Shown here: positions 36,671-48,790 of the stretch, piece by piece
How positions within the stretch are numbered: the first letter of the stretch is position 1
Layout: each line of letters opens with the position of its first letter
Source of the DNA: Callorhinchus milii
Taxonomy: Eukaryota
Assembly (NCBI RefSeq): GCF_018977255.1
Contig: NW_024704742.1
Coordinates: 2,420,001 to 2,484,000 of the forward strand
Reading direction: 5' to 3'
DNA: 64,000 nucleotides
The notes under the pieces: model-generated
Databases searched by the model: none
Told to the model about the DNA's origin: nothing
What the model saw: only the letters and a program-made list of their open reading frames with translations
Position numbers and translations under genes: made by a program

Positions 36671-37783
36671 ATGGATGAAAGCTTGCGATTTTTTTTTTTA
36701 TTCTGGTCAGCCGGGTGTCTGACACATGCGGAAACCCATCGCCCTGCTCAAGAGTACCCAAGCCAATCTGGGATTTCCGTGCAACCCACCTACGCTTGGA
36801 AATCCCAGAGACCGAATGTTGGAGTGGAATGCTCACTCTCTCCCTGGAGGGGACACACCTTCCTTACCTAATACTGAGAAGTATTAGGCGCAGGTTGTCG
36901 AGAGTATACCTCATCGCTCAGTTGGAAGTGACGTGTTCAAGCTTGCCAATCGATGGCAGAGCAGATTCGGTAGGTGTTAGTTGAGCATACGGAGCAGCTG
37001 GGGGCAGCTGGGAGACCACAGAGATTGGCTGGGGCTAAGTCCTGGAGGGATTTGAACGTGAAATGAGTCTGCGGAGGAATGGTTGGCCAGTGAGCGAGGA
37101 TGGGGACGATAGACTCATAGACGATAGACGATAGACTCCTGGTACAGGAGAGAGGGCATGGGTTGCAGAGTTTTGGACAGCCAACAACAGAGAGGTTGTG
37201 ACCTTTGTCTCCGGTCCTTGTAGAGTCACGTTTGACCTACGCTGTCAAAAGGAAGACAAATCTGCTCCATTGTAAGTCAGAGATTCCTCAGTGTGGCGCT
37301 GCGCAGTTCAGTTGTAAACAAAGCCCATTTTATCATGATGCAATCGATCTGGTATAAACTGAGCGTGCACTAAGGTTCATCTTTGTGATTTATGTTCTAT
37401 CACATCTGCAATCATTGTAACTGTGTGTTAGTTTCTCAAAGCAGTCAATACGGTTTAATGCTTGACCTTCACTCAATTCACTCTTTTTATAGAGAGAGCT
37501 GTTCGTACCATTGTGCCATTAATAACTGGAACCGACATAATCTTTCCTTGAAACACACATAAACTCTAAGATCAGCAAATCTTTGAATAGCTCTGTTGAG
37601 GGAAAAAAATAGATGTTGGGGAGTGAAAAATATGTTGAACGTCTCAATCGCCTGTGTTTCACAAGATGAGTTTGGGCCTTCAGAAAGCCCTTCTGATCTC
37701 ATCCCTCCGGAACACACATCCGAGTCTTCCCACCAGGACATCAAGCTTTCCAGTCTTATGGCCGCAACCATCTTTCCTGATGT

Positions 37784-38037
37784 AAAACAGAAGTCGCTGG
37801 GAACACTCAGCAGGTCAGGCAGCACCTATGGAGAGAGGAAAGTGAGTTAACATTTCCGGTCGATGACCTATGGTCGGAACTGAATGAACACAAAAAACAG
37901 AACAAGTTCTGACGAAAGGTCATTGACCTGAAACGTTAACTCACTTCCCTCTCTTCCGTAGATGCCGCCTGGACCTGCTGAGCGTTCCCAGCGGCTACTG
38001 TTTTTGTTTCAGATTTCCAACATCCGCAGTATTTGGC
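37784..38037 (+). mobile_element. Penelope-like pLTR-derived inverted-repeat element carrying a hammerhead ribozyme motif
   Basis: Arms of ~100 bp (37784-37882 and 37903-38004) are near reverse complements around an A-rich spacer. The right arm has an extra ~33-nt extension. Related copies lie at 14131 and 59201. Confidence 0.75.
37905..37941 (+). ncRNA. Minimal type I hammerhead ribozyme motif (PLE-type)
   Basis: AGTT-CTGACGA-A-AGGTC-ATT-GACCT-GAAA-CGTT-AACT: CUGANGA and GAAA cores, 5-bp stem II, stem I AGTT/AACT, palindromic ACGT in place of stem III. Confidence 0.6.
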
Positions 38038-38094
38038 CTTTGTTCATCTTTCCTCTACTACGTCAACCCTCTGCATGTCGGGCTCTCTTGCTCT

Positions 38095-38290
38095 TCCCTA
38101 CACAAGCTGCAGACCGTCCAGAATTCTGCAGTTTGTGTCCTTTCCCGCTGCGGGCTCTGCAAGCCTCTCACCACTTATCCTCCACTGGCTGCCCATCCCT
38201 CCGAGGATCAAGTTCAAGATTCTCGTCCCCAACTTTTAAATGCCTCCATGTTCTTGCTCCGCTCCAACTCTGTGACATTCTCAAACCAAC
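38095..38290 (+). mobile_element. L2 LINE ORF2 fragment
   Basis: LHWLPIPPRIKFKILV and TFKCLHVLAPLQLCDILKP, the classic L2 C-terminal motifs. Confidence 0.8.
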
Positions 38291-39645
38291 GACACGCCAC
38301 TCCATTGGCATTTCTGTTCCTATTTTTCAAAGAAATGAGCAGAGAAACGGCTTCAAAACCATGTGGAACGTATTCCCAATAAATTCTTTAACGATCTAGA
38401 CTTGATAATCACAACAGCAAATGAGCGGAGCTTAGATAGGTTAAAGTTTCCTTCCACTTGTGCACGCGCTCAAAGCCCCCACCTCCATTGCACGCCAGTT
38501 TATTCTACACATATATATGGCTTTACATACTGCATTAAGTATCATTGTCTGTATCTTTTCTCCTGTTATATTAATGAAGCTTTGTACGCTTTTGGCAAAA
38601 AACTAAACTGCTAGACTCCAAGGAATCGCAATCCTGGGGCTTTGGGATTGCACAAAATAATGTTGTTTAAAGATATGCAGCAGATGCATCCTTACCTGTA
38701 ATGTTATCGGTTTTAAAGCGCTTTGAATCTTTTCACTGCGCACATTCCTTTGAGCGAGGATACTATCAAGCCATTAGTGCAACCCTGAAGTATTCCGTGT
38801 TGCTTGCAGCTTTCAAGGAAAAAAAAATGCAAAGACGGCCCTTGAAGTCTGGGAAAATAATACACTGCTATACTGGATAATTTCCTGATACGAAATTAGA
38901 GCAGAAGGTCGAAATTGCACAATAGATTGAGGCACTACCTTGGGTGAGGGGCGTTATATGAATGCAAGTAGTTGTTTCACCTGATTACATCAAATGAAAG
39001 GATTATTTCTGACCTTGATGAGGAGTTCTGGCTTGCAAGCCCGAAATTTCTACGCGGGCACAGATTTATTCACCCTGCACCTTCCAGCAATGTCACCTGC
39101 TGCTATTCTAGCATAACCTTTTCAGGGTTTGCAAATGAAGAAGGCTTTAGATGGAGTTCATTCACCCAAGGTTAACTTAGTGCTTCAGCGTGTTTTTTTT
39201 TAAGAAAGGTTTTCCATGCACAAGGTTGCCACGTTTATTGGTTTGAGAATAAGATTTTCCTGACAAACTCGCAGTTCGATTGCGTCAAACAAAATGTGCG
39301 TCGCACAAAGCTACTGAAAAAAAATATGCTGGATGCTCGCTTGTGGATTTCACGCAATAACTGTCCGTAAGCATTGACTTTATATGGCAGTAAATCGGTA
39401 GCGTAATGGAGATGTTTTCTGCTTGACCCAATTCTGCGCACTATTTCAGCCAACCCTTGACAATTACAGCATTGACTTGCCCAACTCTTACCATGTTGGT
39501 AACAATGATATCCAGGCCATCCCAAGTTTAGCTGTCCCTACTGTTCGGGCTTTAGACATTGCTGTCAATTTAACATCGTATTCAACAGCTCCTGTTAACC
39601 CCGCAAGGCAAAGCCTTAACGGGTAGGGTGGTTGCAGCTGGACAA

Positions 39646-40460
39646 GCAATACAATGCAACATTACATCCATAAAGTGCTTTTTACATCAGGAGGTTGTCC
39701 CAAGGCACTGAGCGGTTAGGGGTTAGGACCCGAGTTGGTGGATGTGGGGGAGTGGGGGCTTGGGATCATGGAGGGTGGAGGACAAGGAGGGTAGGAGGGT
39801 GGCTGAAGCCATCGTCAAAGAGGAGGGTCTTGAGGTGTGCCTTGAAGAAGGCAAAGGAGGGAAAGAGGCAAAAGGAATGTGGGATGGAGTTCCAGAGGCT
39901 GGGGGCTGAGAGGCTGAAGGCCCGACCGCCCATGGTGGGGCGGGCCAGGGCGGGGGACATGGAGCAGGCCAGCGCCTGCTGAGAGGAGGGAGTGGACAGG
40001 TTGATAAGGGGTTAGCAGGTCGGAGAAGTAGGGAGACGGCAAGGCCATGGAGGGCCTTGAAGGCGAAGATGAAAATTTTGAACTGGATCCTCTGAGGGAT
40101 GGGGAGTCAGTGAAGCCGGGCATTGGTGGGGTTGATGGGGTCACGGAGCCTGGTGCATGAGAGAACACAAGCTGCAGAGATCTGGATGATCTGCAGCTCA
40201 TGGAGGAAAGAGTTGGCAAGGCCAACAAGCAGGGAGTTGGCATGGTCAAGCCTAGATGTAATGAAGGCGTGTATGAGGGTTTCAGTAGCCTGAGGGGTGA
40301 GGCAGTGGCGGAGTCGGGCAATGTTGCAGAGATGGGGAACGGCAGAGAGGGTCACGGCACGGATGTGAGGGAGAAAGGACAGTTGAGGGTCGAACAAGAC
40401 GCCTAGGTTTCTGACCGGCTCGGTGAGGTGGAATGTGCTTCCGTGGATGTTAATGCCGCC
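39646..40460 (-). mobile_element. L2 LINE, 5'-truncated (~0.8 kb), ORF2 C-terminus plus 3'UTR
   Basis: VRNLGVLFDPQLSFLPHI...NIARLRHCLT..ATETLIHAFITSRLDHANSLL and GGRAFSLSAPSLWNSIP...FKAHLKTLLFD, followed by a C-rich UTR and terminal stem-loop. Confidence 0.92.
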
Positions 40461-41548
40461 AGTGCTTTTCTTTTCTAAAAAAAAAAGCAGAGGTTGAACG
40501 TGGAGGAAGAGAAAACAAAAGGGATGAAATAACAGCATTTGATGTGAAATTCCGTCTAACTCTGGACTGGTAGGAATGTACGCTGAAGTTGTATTGAACC
40601 AGTCAGCACGGGGGGAAGGGGGTCACAGACGTATCTGCGTGTGTGCCTGCTGGGATTCCTAAGGCTTATAGCAAAAGAAAATGATGCATAAAATACCAGT
40701 GTCTTTTGAACAGGGAGCAAAGCCCAATGAACCCACTATTTTTTTTGTTCGTTAAAATCTCTGGTGGGACTGAAACACAGAGCCTTTGCGCAGCAAACAT
40801 AGAATGATTCTTTCCTCGTTACTGTGGTCTATTGGCAGCTGCGATGTGACTTATTTCCTTTGTGCTTTGATGGCAAATGTATTGTGATTCACACTCAGTC
40901 GAAGCCATCATTTCGTATTTAGACCCTGAATGCGAGGGGTTGTCAGAATGGAAAGGTTTTTTTTATTTTATGCTTCATTAACCCCATTCGGAACTGAAAT
41001 ATTCCTTTGAGCTTTCTCGTTCCTTAGTTTGTACATACGTTTCGGTGAATTTTTATGCCATCAAGATGAGGGATGACTGTGCTGGGACATGGAACATATT
41101 TCCTCTTTTTGCATCAAGAGCTCCCAAAGTCAGTCAGATGCAAAATAAAACTCCCTCAACTGTGTTCCCGGCCAATGTGCTTTAACCGTTGCCTCAGAAG
41201 AGCACTCCTGACTGCGCCAGTTAGACATTATTATTTCCCACCGGTCATCCTTTCAGTAAGATTGCCATTCACATCACATCAAAAATCCTTTTGGCCACTT
41301 TGCAGTCAATTTGTGGCAAATTACGGGCAATTTTGTGCTGCAAGACTACAAAATACGAGAAGCTGGGTTGAAAGTGCTCAAATATGTTTCGTGTAAGGTC
41401 ACGATAACCATCAAGCAGAAAAAACTTTTAGTCCATTCATTTAGACTGGATTTAACATGAGGCAAAATAAATGTGCATCAGCCAGTCCCTAAGTAAATTT
41501 TGTTGCGCAGAAGGTATTATAAGTTGGGACGCAATTTGTGCAACGTGT

Positions 41549-41916
41549 GGAGTCCTGTAGCTCAGTGGTTAGAGCCCCCGCCTCGCAAGCGAGAGACTTG
41601 GGTTTGATTCCAGGCAGGGCCAAACCTTGAGAAAGTTTCCTTACTCCACACGCCTCTGTTTACCTAGCGGTGAGTAGGAACCCGGTTGTTAGATTGATTG
41701 GCAGATCACTTTTCTGGGGATAATAATTCCTTTTTTTAAAAAAAAATGAGTCACTCAACCCACGACCTGCTTGCGGGGACGCTGCTGTGCGCAATCGGCT
41801 GCCGCGTTTCGCCCACAAATATACAGTCAATTCACTTTACAGTCTATTCTGTGAAGCGCTTTGAGACGTCTCGAAGATGTGATAAGGGGCTATGTCAAAT
41901 GCATGGATTATTATCA
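41549..41916 (+). mobile_element. tRNA-Ala-like SINE (SINE2-1_CM-like), full length
   Basis: Head GGAGTCCTGTAGCTCAGTGGTTAGAGC..GCCTCGCAAGCGAGAGAC, complete body, and tail ...AAATGCATGGATTATTATC. Confidence 0.92.
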
Positions 41917-43064
41917 TCTCATTTTGTAGCTTGCGTCCACGCAACAGGTAATGTATTGCCTCAAATGTAATTCAACCCTCTGAAATGGGAACCTGTCTGT
42001 CATCCCAGCAAATTTCATTGAATAATGCAAGTCTACGCTTCGATTTATGGGGGTGAATACATTCAATCTACACAAATGTGACCCAGGGCTAAAAATGTTG
42101 CATTTTATAACATGTCGATGTCAATTCGCATCACACTTTCCACTCATAAACATCAACAAAAACAAAGCCCGGCACTAAGACACTTCCGCAACTCCCTGAA
42201 CCAGTTTTTCTTTGCAAAATTTCCACTTGCAATGCAATTAAAGTGATATGAGTGGCTGACGTACAAAACTAGAGGCAAATTTCAAACTCGGTTCCTGTTC
42301 GCTGAGCTTTCGTGGAGATAGGGAGTGAAGTCTCTATGTGTTTGTACGCAGACAATATGAAACAGTGGAAAACTTCACCATTGCATTAATGTTGACTCAC
42401 AGTTATCCCTATGGCAATAATACATGTTGATACTATTAGCTGCAGATTTTGATTTCATTTAGAAGTCAAATCGTCGATGCTCAGTTATTTATTTTTTTTG
42501 CTTTGTCGCTACACTTGACCGTGATTACTGAGAGCCACAATTGGTCATTCGTTTCAGGGCTGTTTGTGGGAATTTCACACGCACAAAATAACTGTCGCTT
42601 TTGCCTACACAAAAAAAGCAAGTCACCAGACATAAGAGTAATTACTGTGAAGATATTTGTCTATTTCGGGCACTGTGAAAATGTAAGCTCCTTCTCTCAT
42701 ACTCTCTCCGTTCGCATTAAATTGGTAATCCTGGGATACGATTGAGCATAAAAATATTGGTCAACGGACCCATAATTCTCGATAACAAATAAATCACAGG
42801 GCTTCGCATTATTTTTTTCCCCTGTTGTCATTGGTGATCTTGCTAAATGTTTGAGCCCGAAACAATGATCATATTTTATTTATGAGTGAATTTCAAAGAA
42901 AGAACTTATATTTCATAAGGGCCTTATCAAAATAACTCGAAGCACATCCGGAATGGTATCTGCCGAAATTAGAAACTTGTGTTATCCTGGCCAACCCAAA
43001 GGCGGGAGCGCTACTAACTCAGCCACTGTACGTTCACAGTCTGGTGTGACAAAAGCTATAATCA

Positions 43065-43392
43065 TATAATAATCCTAGCATTTGATATAACGCCTTATCA
43101 CGTCGTTGAGACGTCTCAAAGTGCGTCACAGAATATACTGTAAAGTGGATTGACTGTGTGTTTCGTGGGCGATACGACGTCTCAAAAAGAGCTTCACAAA
43201 ATTTATTGTTAAGTGAATTAACTCTGTGTTTTGTGGACGAAAGGTGGCAGCCAATTGGCACAGCAGTCGCCCATAAATAGCTTGTGGTTTGAGTGAAAAC
43301 GTCTTTTGGGGTGGGGAGCGGTAGGATTACTAGCCCTGGAAAGCGATCAGCCATTCGATTAACAACTGGGTTCCTACTTACCGCTGATAAAC
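43065..43392 (-). mobile_element. SINE body/tail (tRNA-Ala-like family) with a doubled tail segment
   Basis: The tail block GACGTCTCAAA...CACA.AAT...GTG.ATT.ACT.TGTGTTT.GTGG occurs twice. The body ends at GGGTTCCTACTTACCGCTG. Confidence 0.85.
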
Positions 43393-43412
43393 AACAATAA
43401 CATTTCATTGCG

Positions 43413-43765
43413 TTGAACAGACAGAGTTTCGGACCCGAGCTGAGGGGTGGGGTGGAAGAGGAGGGAGGGCAGGGGTGGGAAGCAGGGAGATCGCAAGCAC
43501 GGTCGAAGAGGAGGGTCTTGAGGTGGGTCTTGAAGATGGTGGGGGAGGGGGCGAGACGGAGGGACTGCGGGATGGAGTTCCAGAGGGTGGGGGCAGAGTG
43601 GCGGAAGGCCCGCGCGCCGATAGTGGGTCAGATAGCGAGGCGGGGGACGTGAAGCAGGCCGGAGCCCGCTGAGTGGAGGGAGCGAACAGGGTGGTAGGAG
43701 GGGTTAGCCGGTCGGAGAGGTAGGGGGGAGCGAGACCGTGGAGGGCTTTGAAGGTGAGGACCAGA
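43413..43765 (-). mobile_element. L2 LINE 3' fragment
   Basis: CGAAGAGGAGGGTCTTGAGGTGGGTCTTGAAG...GGGATGGAGTTCCAGAGGGTGGGGGC...GGAGGGCTTTGAAGGTGAGGA, colinear with the L2 at 39646-40460. Confidence 0.9.
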
Positions 43766-43834
43766 CCAGAATTATTTATTATTAATTATTATCATTATTG
43801 TAATAATTACTATTATTATTATATTATTATTGTT

Positions 43835-43895
43835 ACGAATCTGGGTCCTCTCGCTTGCGAGGCGAGCGCTCCAACCACAACACCGCGAGACTCCA
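43835..43895 (-). mobile_element. tRNA-Ala-like SINE head
   Basis: CTGGGTCCTCTCGCTTGCGAGGCGAGCGCTCCAACCAC...GACTCC. Confidence 0.75.
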
Positions 43896-46499
43896 TGGGC
43901 TCAATATGCCAAAACCTCTGGTGCAACTCACACAGCATTTGGCTCCTTAAAGACAAGTCACATTTGCAAGAGATGACTTGCCCCTTTGGACCCTTCTGCA
44001 GTACAAATTAACCACAACCGTTTAAGTTGGCACAGACTGACACGACCAGTGTTTTTACAGATGGGTTTTTTTTTTAGAGAGAGATTTATAATTTATTTAT
44101 GAGGTCCAGCATGAAAACCGCTAGCAATTTGCCCGATTCAACAGAGCCCTTCATTATCCGAAGGAGACGGAATCTTGAGTGTTCACGGGTCAGTGTTAAA
44201 CGGTCTGAGTCGTGCCGTACATTAATGATTTGAGACTGGTGAGTCGCTGGAGGAATCTGAAGGGATGGTATGATCTAACAGACCGAAACTCTTCAACAGT
44301 TCAACAGAGGCATGAGACTGTGGAAGATGGGTGGGGCGTATGGACACATCGTGTTACTCTATCCCCGACGCATCACCTTTGCACATCCGTAGCCACTTCT
44401 ACACCAGTACGAACTGAACGCAGATACACAATGTGAGATCTTGCCAGACTGATTTTGCGTCGTAGGTTTTGTGAGCATCCAAGTATTTCCCCTCTCTTAG
44501 ACTTCCAAGGGAAATCGCTGTATAGCTTGCACCAAACATGCATTGATCGGTGTTGCGTCACTTTGCTCGGCTTTGAATTCAGTTCGCCGCCGGCTCCCAA
44601 TGTCTGTGTTTGCTTTGCGTGGGAGCTAACATCTTTGAACGTGACAATTTCTGACTCCTGAGAGTTATTTAGCCATCGATTCGGACTGTATGGGAGCTAG
44701 TCTGCTCTCATTCACATTGAATGAGTCTCTTGAATGTGAGGCCCATGAGCTCATAGAAGAAGAGATGAAGCTGGATGTTATTAGCCACTGGCACTGCAGA
44801 CGATATCAGTGAATGGTGTGTGGTCCTGCATTAATAATAATATAATAAATGTAATAATAATCCTTGCACCTTATCACGTCTTTGAGATGTCTCAAAATTC
44901 TGCGACTGCATTTCGTAGGCAAATGCCATTGGGCGCACAGCAACGTCCCGCAAACAGCCGTGAAAGCAAATGGTCAATTTTACTGTAGATTCTTTTTAAA
45001 AAAAAGGCGTTTAAAATATTTTTAAAGGAATCCAAGCATGTTCCGAAGTATTTTTTCATTCGGTAATGCAATGTCCCTATTTGTTCATCGTGGAAATATA
45101 ATAGGTGGCGGTGGGGGGGACAACCTGTGGTCTGACTATCTCTGTCACTCAGGGCTTTCTGCCTTGTGAAGTCATGCACCATATTTTTTCCTGTGTATTC
45201 CAAATGGACTTTGAGGAGAGAGATGTATTGCGTGCTTATCAGTGGAGAAATGCTTCACGATTCGCTAGAAATCTAAATCTGTCAATAATGAGGTATTGTA
45301 ACTTGTCGTTACACTTTTCCGTTCTCTCCCGCCGCCTGCAACCTGTTCATGACTGACAGGAATACTGGCTCACATGGACGCTTTTCTGGAAGTTCTCACT
45401 TCTCAGCCTTTGGAAATTATTTCCTTTGAGAACGACACGTGCTCACCATCTGTAGACATAACATGCCCTGAGGGATCCCCGTCTCAGGGCGTAGATGCGC
45501 AATCCGATTGCCTGTTGGACGAATTTGCGGAAATGAATTATTCAGCTGAGCTACGTCTTGATCAGATTATTTTAACTGAGCAAGGAAAGAAAGGAGCAAG
45601 TCTCACCTGAAATGACAGCTACACGTGACAGTGAAGACAATGGTCATTGCGCTTGATCCATTATCTGTTACGAGGCTTCACATGGAAGTTCTTTGTGACT
45701 TCTTCCGTCCCTGAGCTTTGCGACTCCACCATGCGTGAGTGGAGCTCTGCAAATGCACGTGGTTGCTGATATGGGCTTTATTTCTCGGCTTTGTGAGCAG
45801 AGAAACATAACTGCAGTCATTTGCATTGCGGAGTATGAACTGAAGTACTTTATCTTATGCTAATTCACACTAACGCATTCAAGTGGGTACTCCTGTTTGG
45901 TTCTGACAATCTCCCCTTAGGTATATTTTCCATATATCATCCACACCACAGCAAATTATATCTGTTGCAGGAGTCAACTCTATTTTACCTTGTAAGTTAT
46001 ATAAAATTGAATCTTAATGATTCTTGTGACTTTGCTGAGAGGAAGGCAAGATAGGTTTACAATTTTCTTTTGCTATCTTGTGCCACTTAAATAATAGATA
46101 GGCGCAACTGCATGAGCTGCTTCATATATCTCCTGGGAATTATGTATGCTCTACTATTCTCTCTTGCATCCTTCTGTTTCATGGATATCCTTTATTGTGG
46201 GCAAAAGGTGTTGAGATAACTCACTTTTAAAATAATATAATTCAATCCAAAACTAAGAGAAGGAAACCTGTGAATTAGGTCCTGCAATCCCTTTATTGGA
46301 ACGATATATTGTGGAGAGGCATTTTTGTGCTTAACTTTTATATAACTAGGAAGATTGTATTTACTGGGATCGGAATTATTGTGGACAGGTTTATGCACGT
46401 ACAGAATAACGTATAAATAACGCTGCGCATCCCACGGTAAATTGAGAAATGTGTTGGTTATTCTACCGTGAAAGTAGCGCATTAATTGTACTTGCGTTA

Positions 46500-47083
46500 G
46501 AAAGTGTTTGCGTTCGTCACCTCCCGACCGGACTTCTCAAATGTCCACTTTGCCCGTCTCCCCAGCTCCTCCACGTACAGGACCCAGCTGATCCCGAACT
46601 CTACTGCCAGCGTACTCACCCGCACTAAACTCCTTACCCACGTCACACCAGTTCTAGCCACTCGCTCCCAATCGCTGAAAGGATCGATTTCAAGATCCTC
46701 ACACTCGTTTTCAAATCCCTTCACGCCCTGGCAACTGCTTATCTCCCAACCCACAGCCCGATGTCTCCACTCGACTGGCTCCGGCCCGGCCCGGCCTTCT
46801 GCATGTCCCTCGTGCCCTCCGTCCCACCATTAGTGGCCATGTTTTCAGCCACCGCGCCCCGAAACTCTGGAACACTCGTCCTCTATCCCTCCACCTTGTC
46901 CCTTCCTTCCCCATCTTCAGGTCGTGTCTGAAGACCTTTCTACTCAACCGTGCCTGCGATCACCTCCCCCCCCCCCCCCACCCCTCCACTCCCCCGGGTG
47001 GGTGTCGTGCTCCGCCACTGTCAAGCACTCTGAGAAGCTACCTGGCATGAGGAGGCGCTGTACAAATGCAAGTTGTTGTTGTT
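46500..47083 (+). mobile_element. L2 LINE, 5'-truncated, with intact 3' terminus
   Basis: AFVTSRPDFSN..ARLPSS...QLIPNSTASVLTRTK..THVTPVLA (cf. AFITSRLDYCNSLL...LQxxQNxAARxLT...HITPxL); ends AAATGCAAGTTGTTGTTGTT. Confidence 0.9.
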
Positions 47084-47474
47084 TCATGGCGCGAACGGGC
47101 TCATGTTATCGGAACTGATCGCTTTGGTGCTATCTTCTGGTACAGTGCGGTGTTGTGGGAGAAAGTGGATATTCCTGTGTAGCTGCAGGTGGAGTTTGTT
47201 TTGCTGTCTTCTTTGAAGTTTAGCATTAATTCTTGGACAATCCCTCTCTCTCTGACACTGTGGTACCGGCGACAAGTGGACCAGAACGAGGAATCCAGAA
47301 GATAAGCCCACTGTCTTAACCGATGATCAACATGGCGAAAGAAAGAATTAGCAGCTATGAATTCAAGAAATTCCAAGTAAATGAAACGTATTTATTGGGG
47401 ATACAAGTAATCCGGTATTTGTTTGATATCATCTTTCCTTCCTTAAGAGGGATCATTGCCTGATATATGGTTAG

Positions 47475-47680
47475 TTATAATAATCCCTTGTAGAAAAACA
47501 TATAGTCACGCAGTCCACGACCGTTTGCTGTGCGCGATTGGCCCCCGTGTTTCGTGCACAAAATATACAGTCAATTCACTTTACAGTATATTTTGTGGAG
47601 CGCTTTGTGATGTCTTGGAGACGTGATAGGGCACTATATCAAATGCAAGGATTATTATTAGTAGTAGTATTATTATGATG
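47475..47680 (+). mobile_element. SINE 3' half (tRNA-Ala-like family)
   Basis: TAATAATCCC...GTCACGCAGTCCACGAC...CAGTCAATTCACTTTACAG...AAATGCAAGGATTATTATT. Confidence 0.85.
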
Positions 47681-48152
47681 ATGGGTCCAGAGGAGCATTC
47701 ATTAAACTGCTGCAAAACCTACAATAGATGCAGTTCTTGTTTTATCCGTACTGAATATGCTTTATTATTAATACAAACTAATAATCCTTGCATTTGACAT
47801 AGCACTTTAACAAATTATTGAGTCATATCAAAGCGCTGTACAGGATATACTGTAAAGTGGAGTGACTATGTTTTAAGATATGCAGGCTGTACATATTCAT
47901 GTTCGTGTTTCCAAACCTAATAAATATAGAATGAAACATGTGTAGGGATATGTACAGTGAAGGAACAGTTTGATGTACTACATACTCATTGACCGCAAGT
48001 GTAAGTCTACCCAACTTGGGTATACAATGCCTGAAAGAAAGTGCTTTCAAATAAGACCTATTCTCCTACAAACGTTGATTTCTGAGTATCGGCCCTTAGA
48101 AATACAAATCTTTTTTCTCCTTTGTTATTAGAAGTTCAAGGAGAGCAAGGCG

Positions 48153-48193
<41 letters not shown>

Positions 48194-48730
48194 TAATAAT
48201 CTTTACATTCGGTGTAGTGCTTTTCCAGTTGGGAGACCGTCTCAAAGTGCTTCACGGGATTTAGGATCGACTGTGTGACGTTGTGCGCAGGCTTGAAATA
48301 TTTAAGAGAAGAAGAAATCGGCTGTAGGCTCGCAGAGGGACAAATTGAGATGAGTCTTCGAATAAATTGGACTCTCCCTCGCACCGTGAGCACAAATGTG
48401 ACGCTCAGCGGAGCGCTGGAGGGTTTGTGGATAGAAGGCAACAGTTTACGTGTATGTTTAGGTACGCGGAGAAGTCATGAGAATTTCCTCAAGGTCCAGT
48501 TCCCTTTCCTATCACACTGCCAGCCGCTGAGCATCAGGACGACAACCAAGTTGCCAGGTACCACCTCCTCGCTCTTGAAACTGCAGCAGCTTGTTACAGC
48601 AATGGGGACAAACAATCGCATATTGGCATATTGGGCGACGCAGCCGTGCCCATCCAGTCATCACCGCAAATCATCCAGCAAGGCTCACTCCCCAACACAG
48701 TGCAATATGTGCACACTGAACCATACATGC

Positions 48731-48790
48731 AGTCCTGTAGCTCAGTGGTTAGAGCACTCGCCTCGCAAGCGAGAGAGACCTGGGTTCATC
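48731..48790 (+). mobile_element. Isolated tRNA-Ala-like SINE head
   Basis: AGTCCTGTAGCTCAGTGGTTAGAGCACTCGCCTCGCAAGCGAGAGAGACCTGGGTTC, with no body following. Confidence 0.85.

Noticed and set aside
40107..40538. 143-aa ORF as a host gene
   Set aside because: It is L2 ORF2 C-terminal sequence in a truncated, frameshifted copy
44170..44245. Strong donor CTG|GTGAGT suggesting an exon
   Set aside because: Upstream frames contain stops. The sequence (HGSVL...YINDL) looks more like a decayed CR1 RT motif
47323..47376. Possible first coding exon MINMAKERISSYEFKKFQ|gtaaat
   Set aside because: Weak donor, unrecognised peptide, and no downstream partner exon found
48731..48790. tRNA-Ala gene (also heads at 1165, 6320, 27001, 34310, 41549, 53956)
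   Set aside because: No acceptor-stem pairing or complete cloverleaf. The sequence is the same as the SINE heads, which continue into SINE bodies
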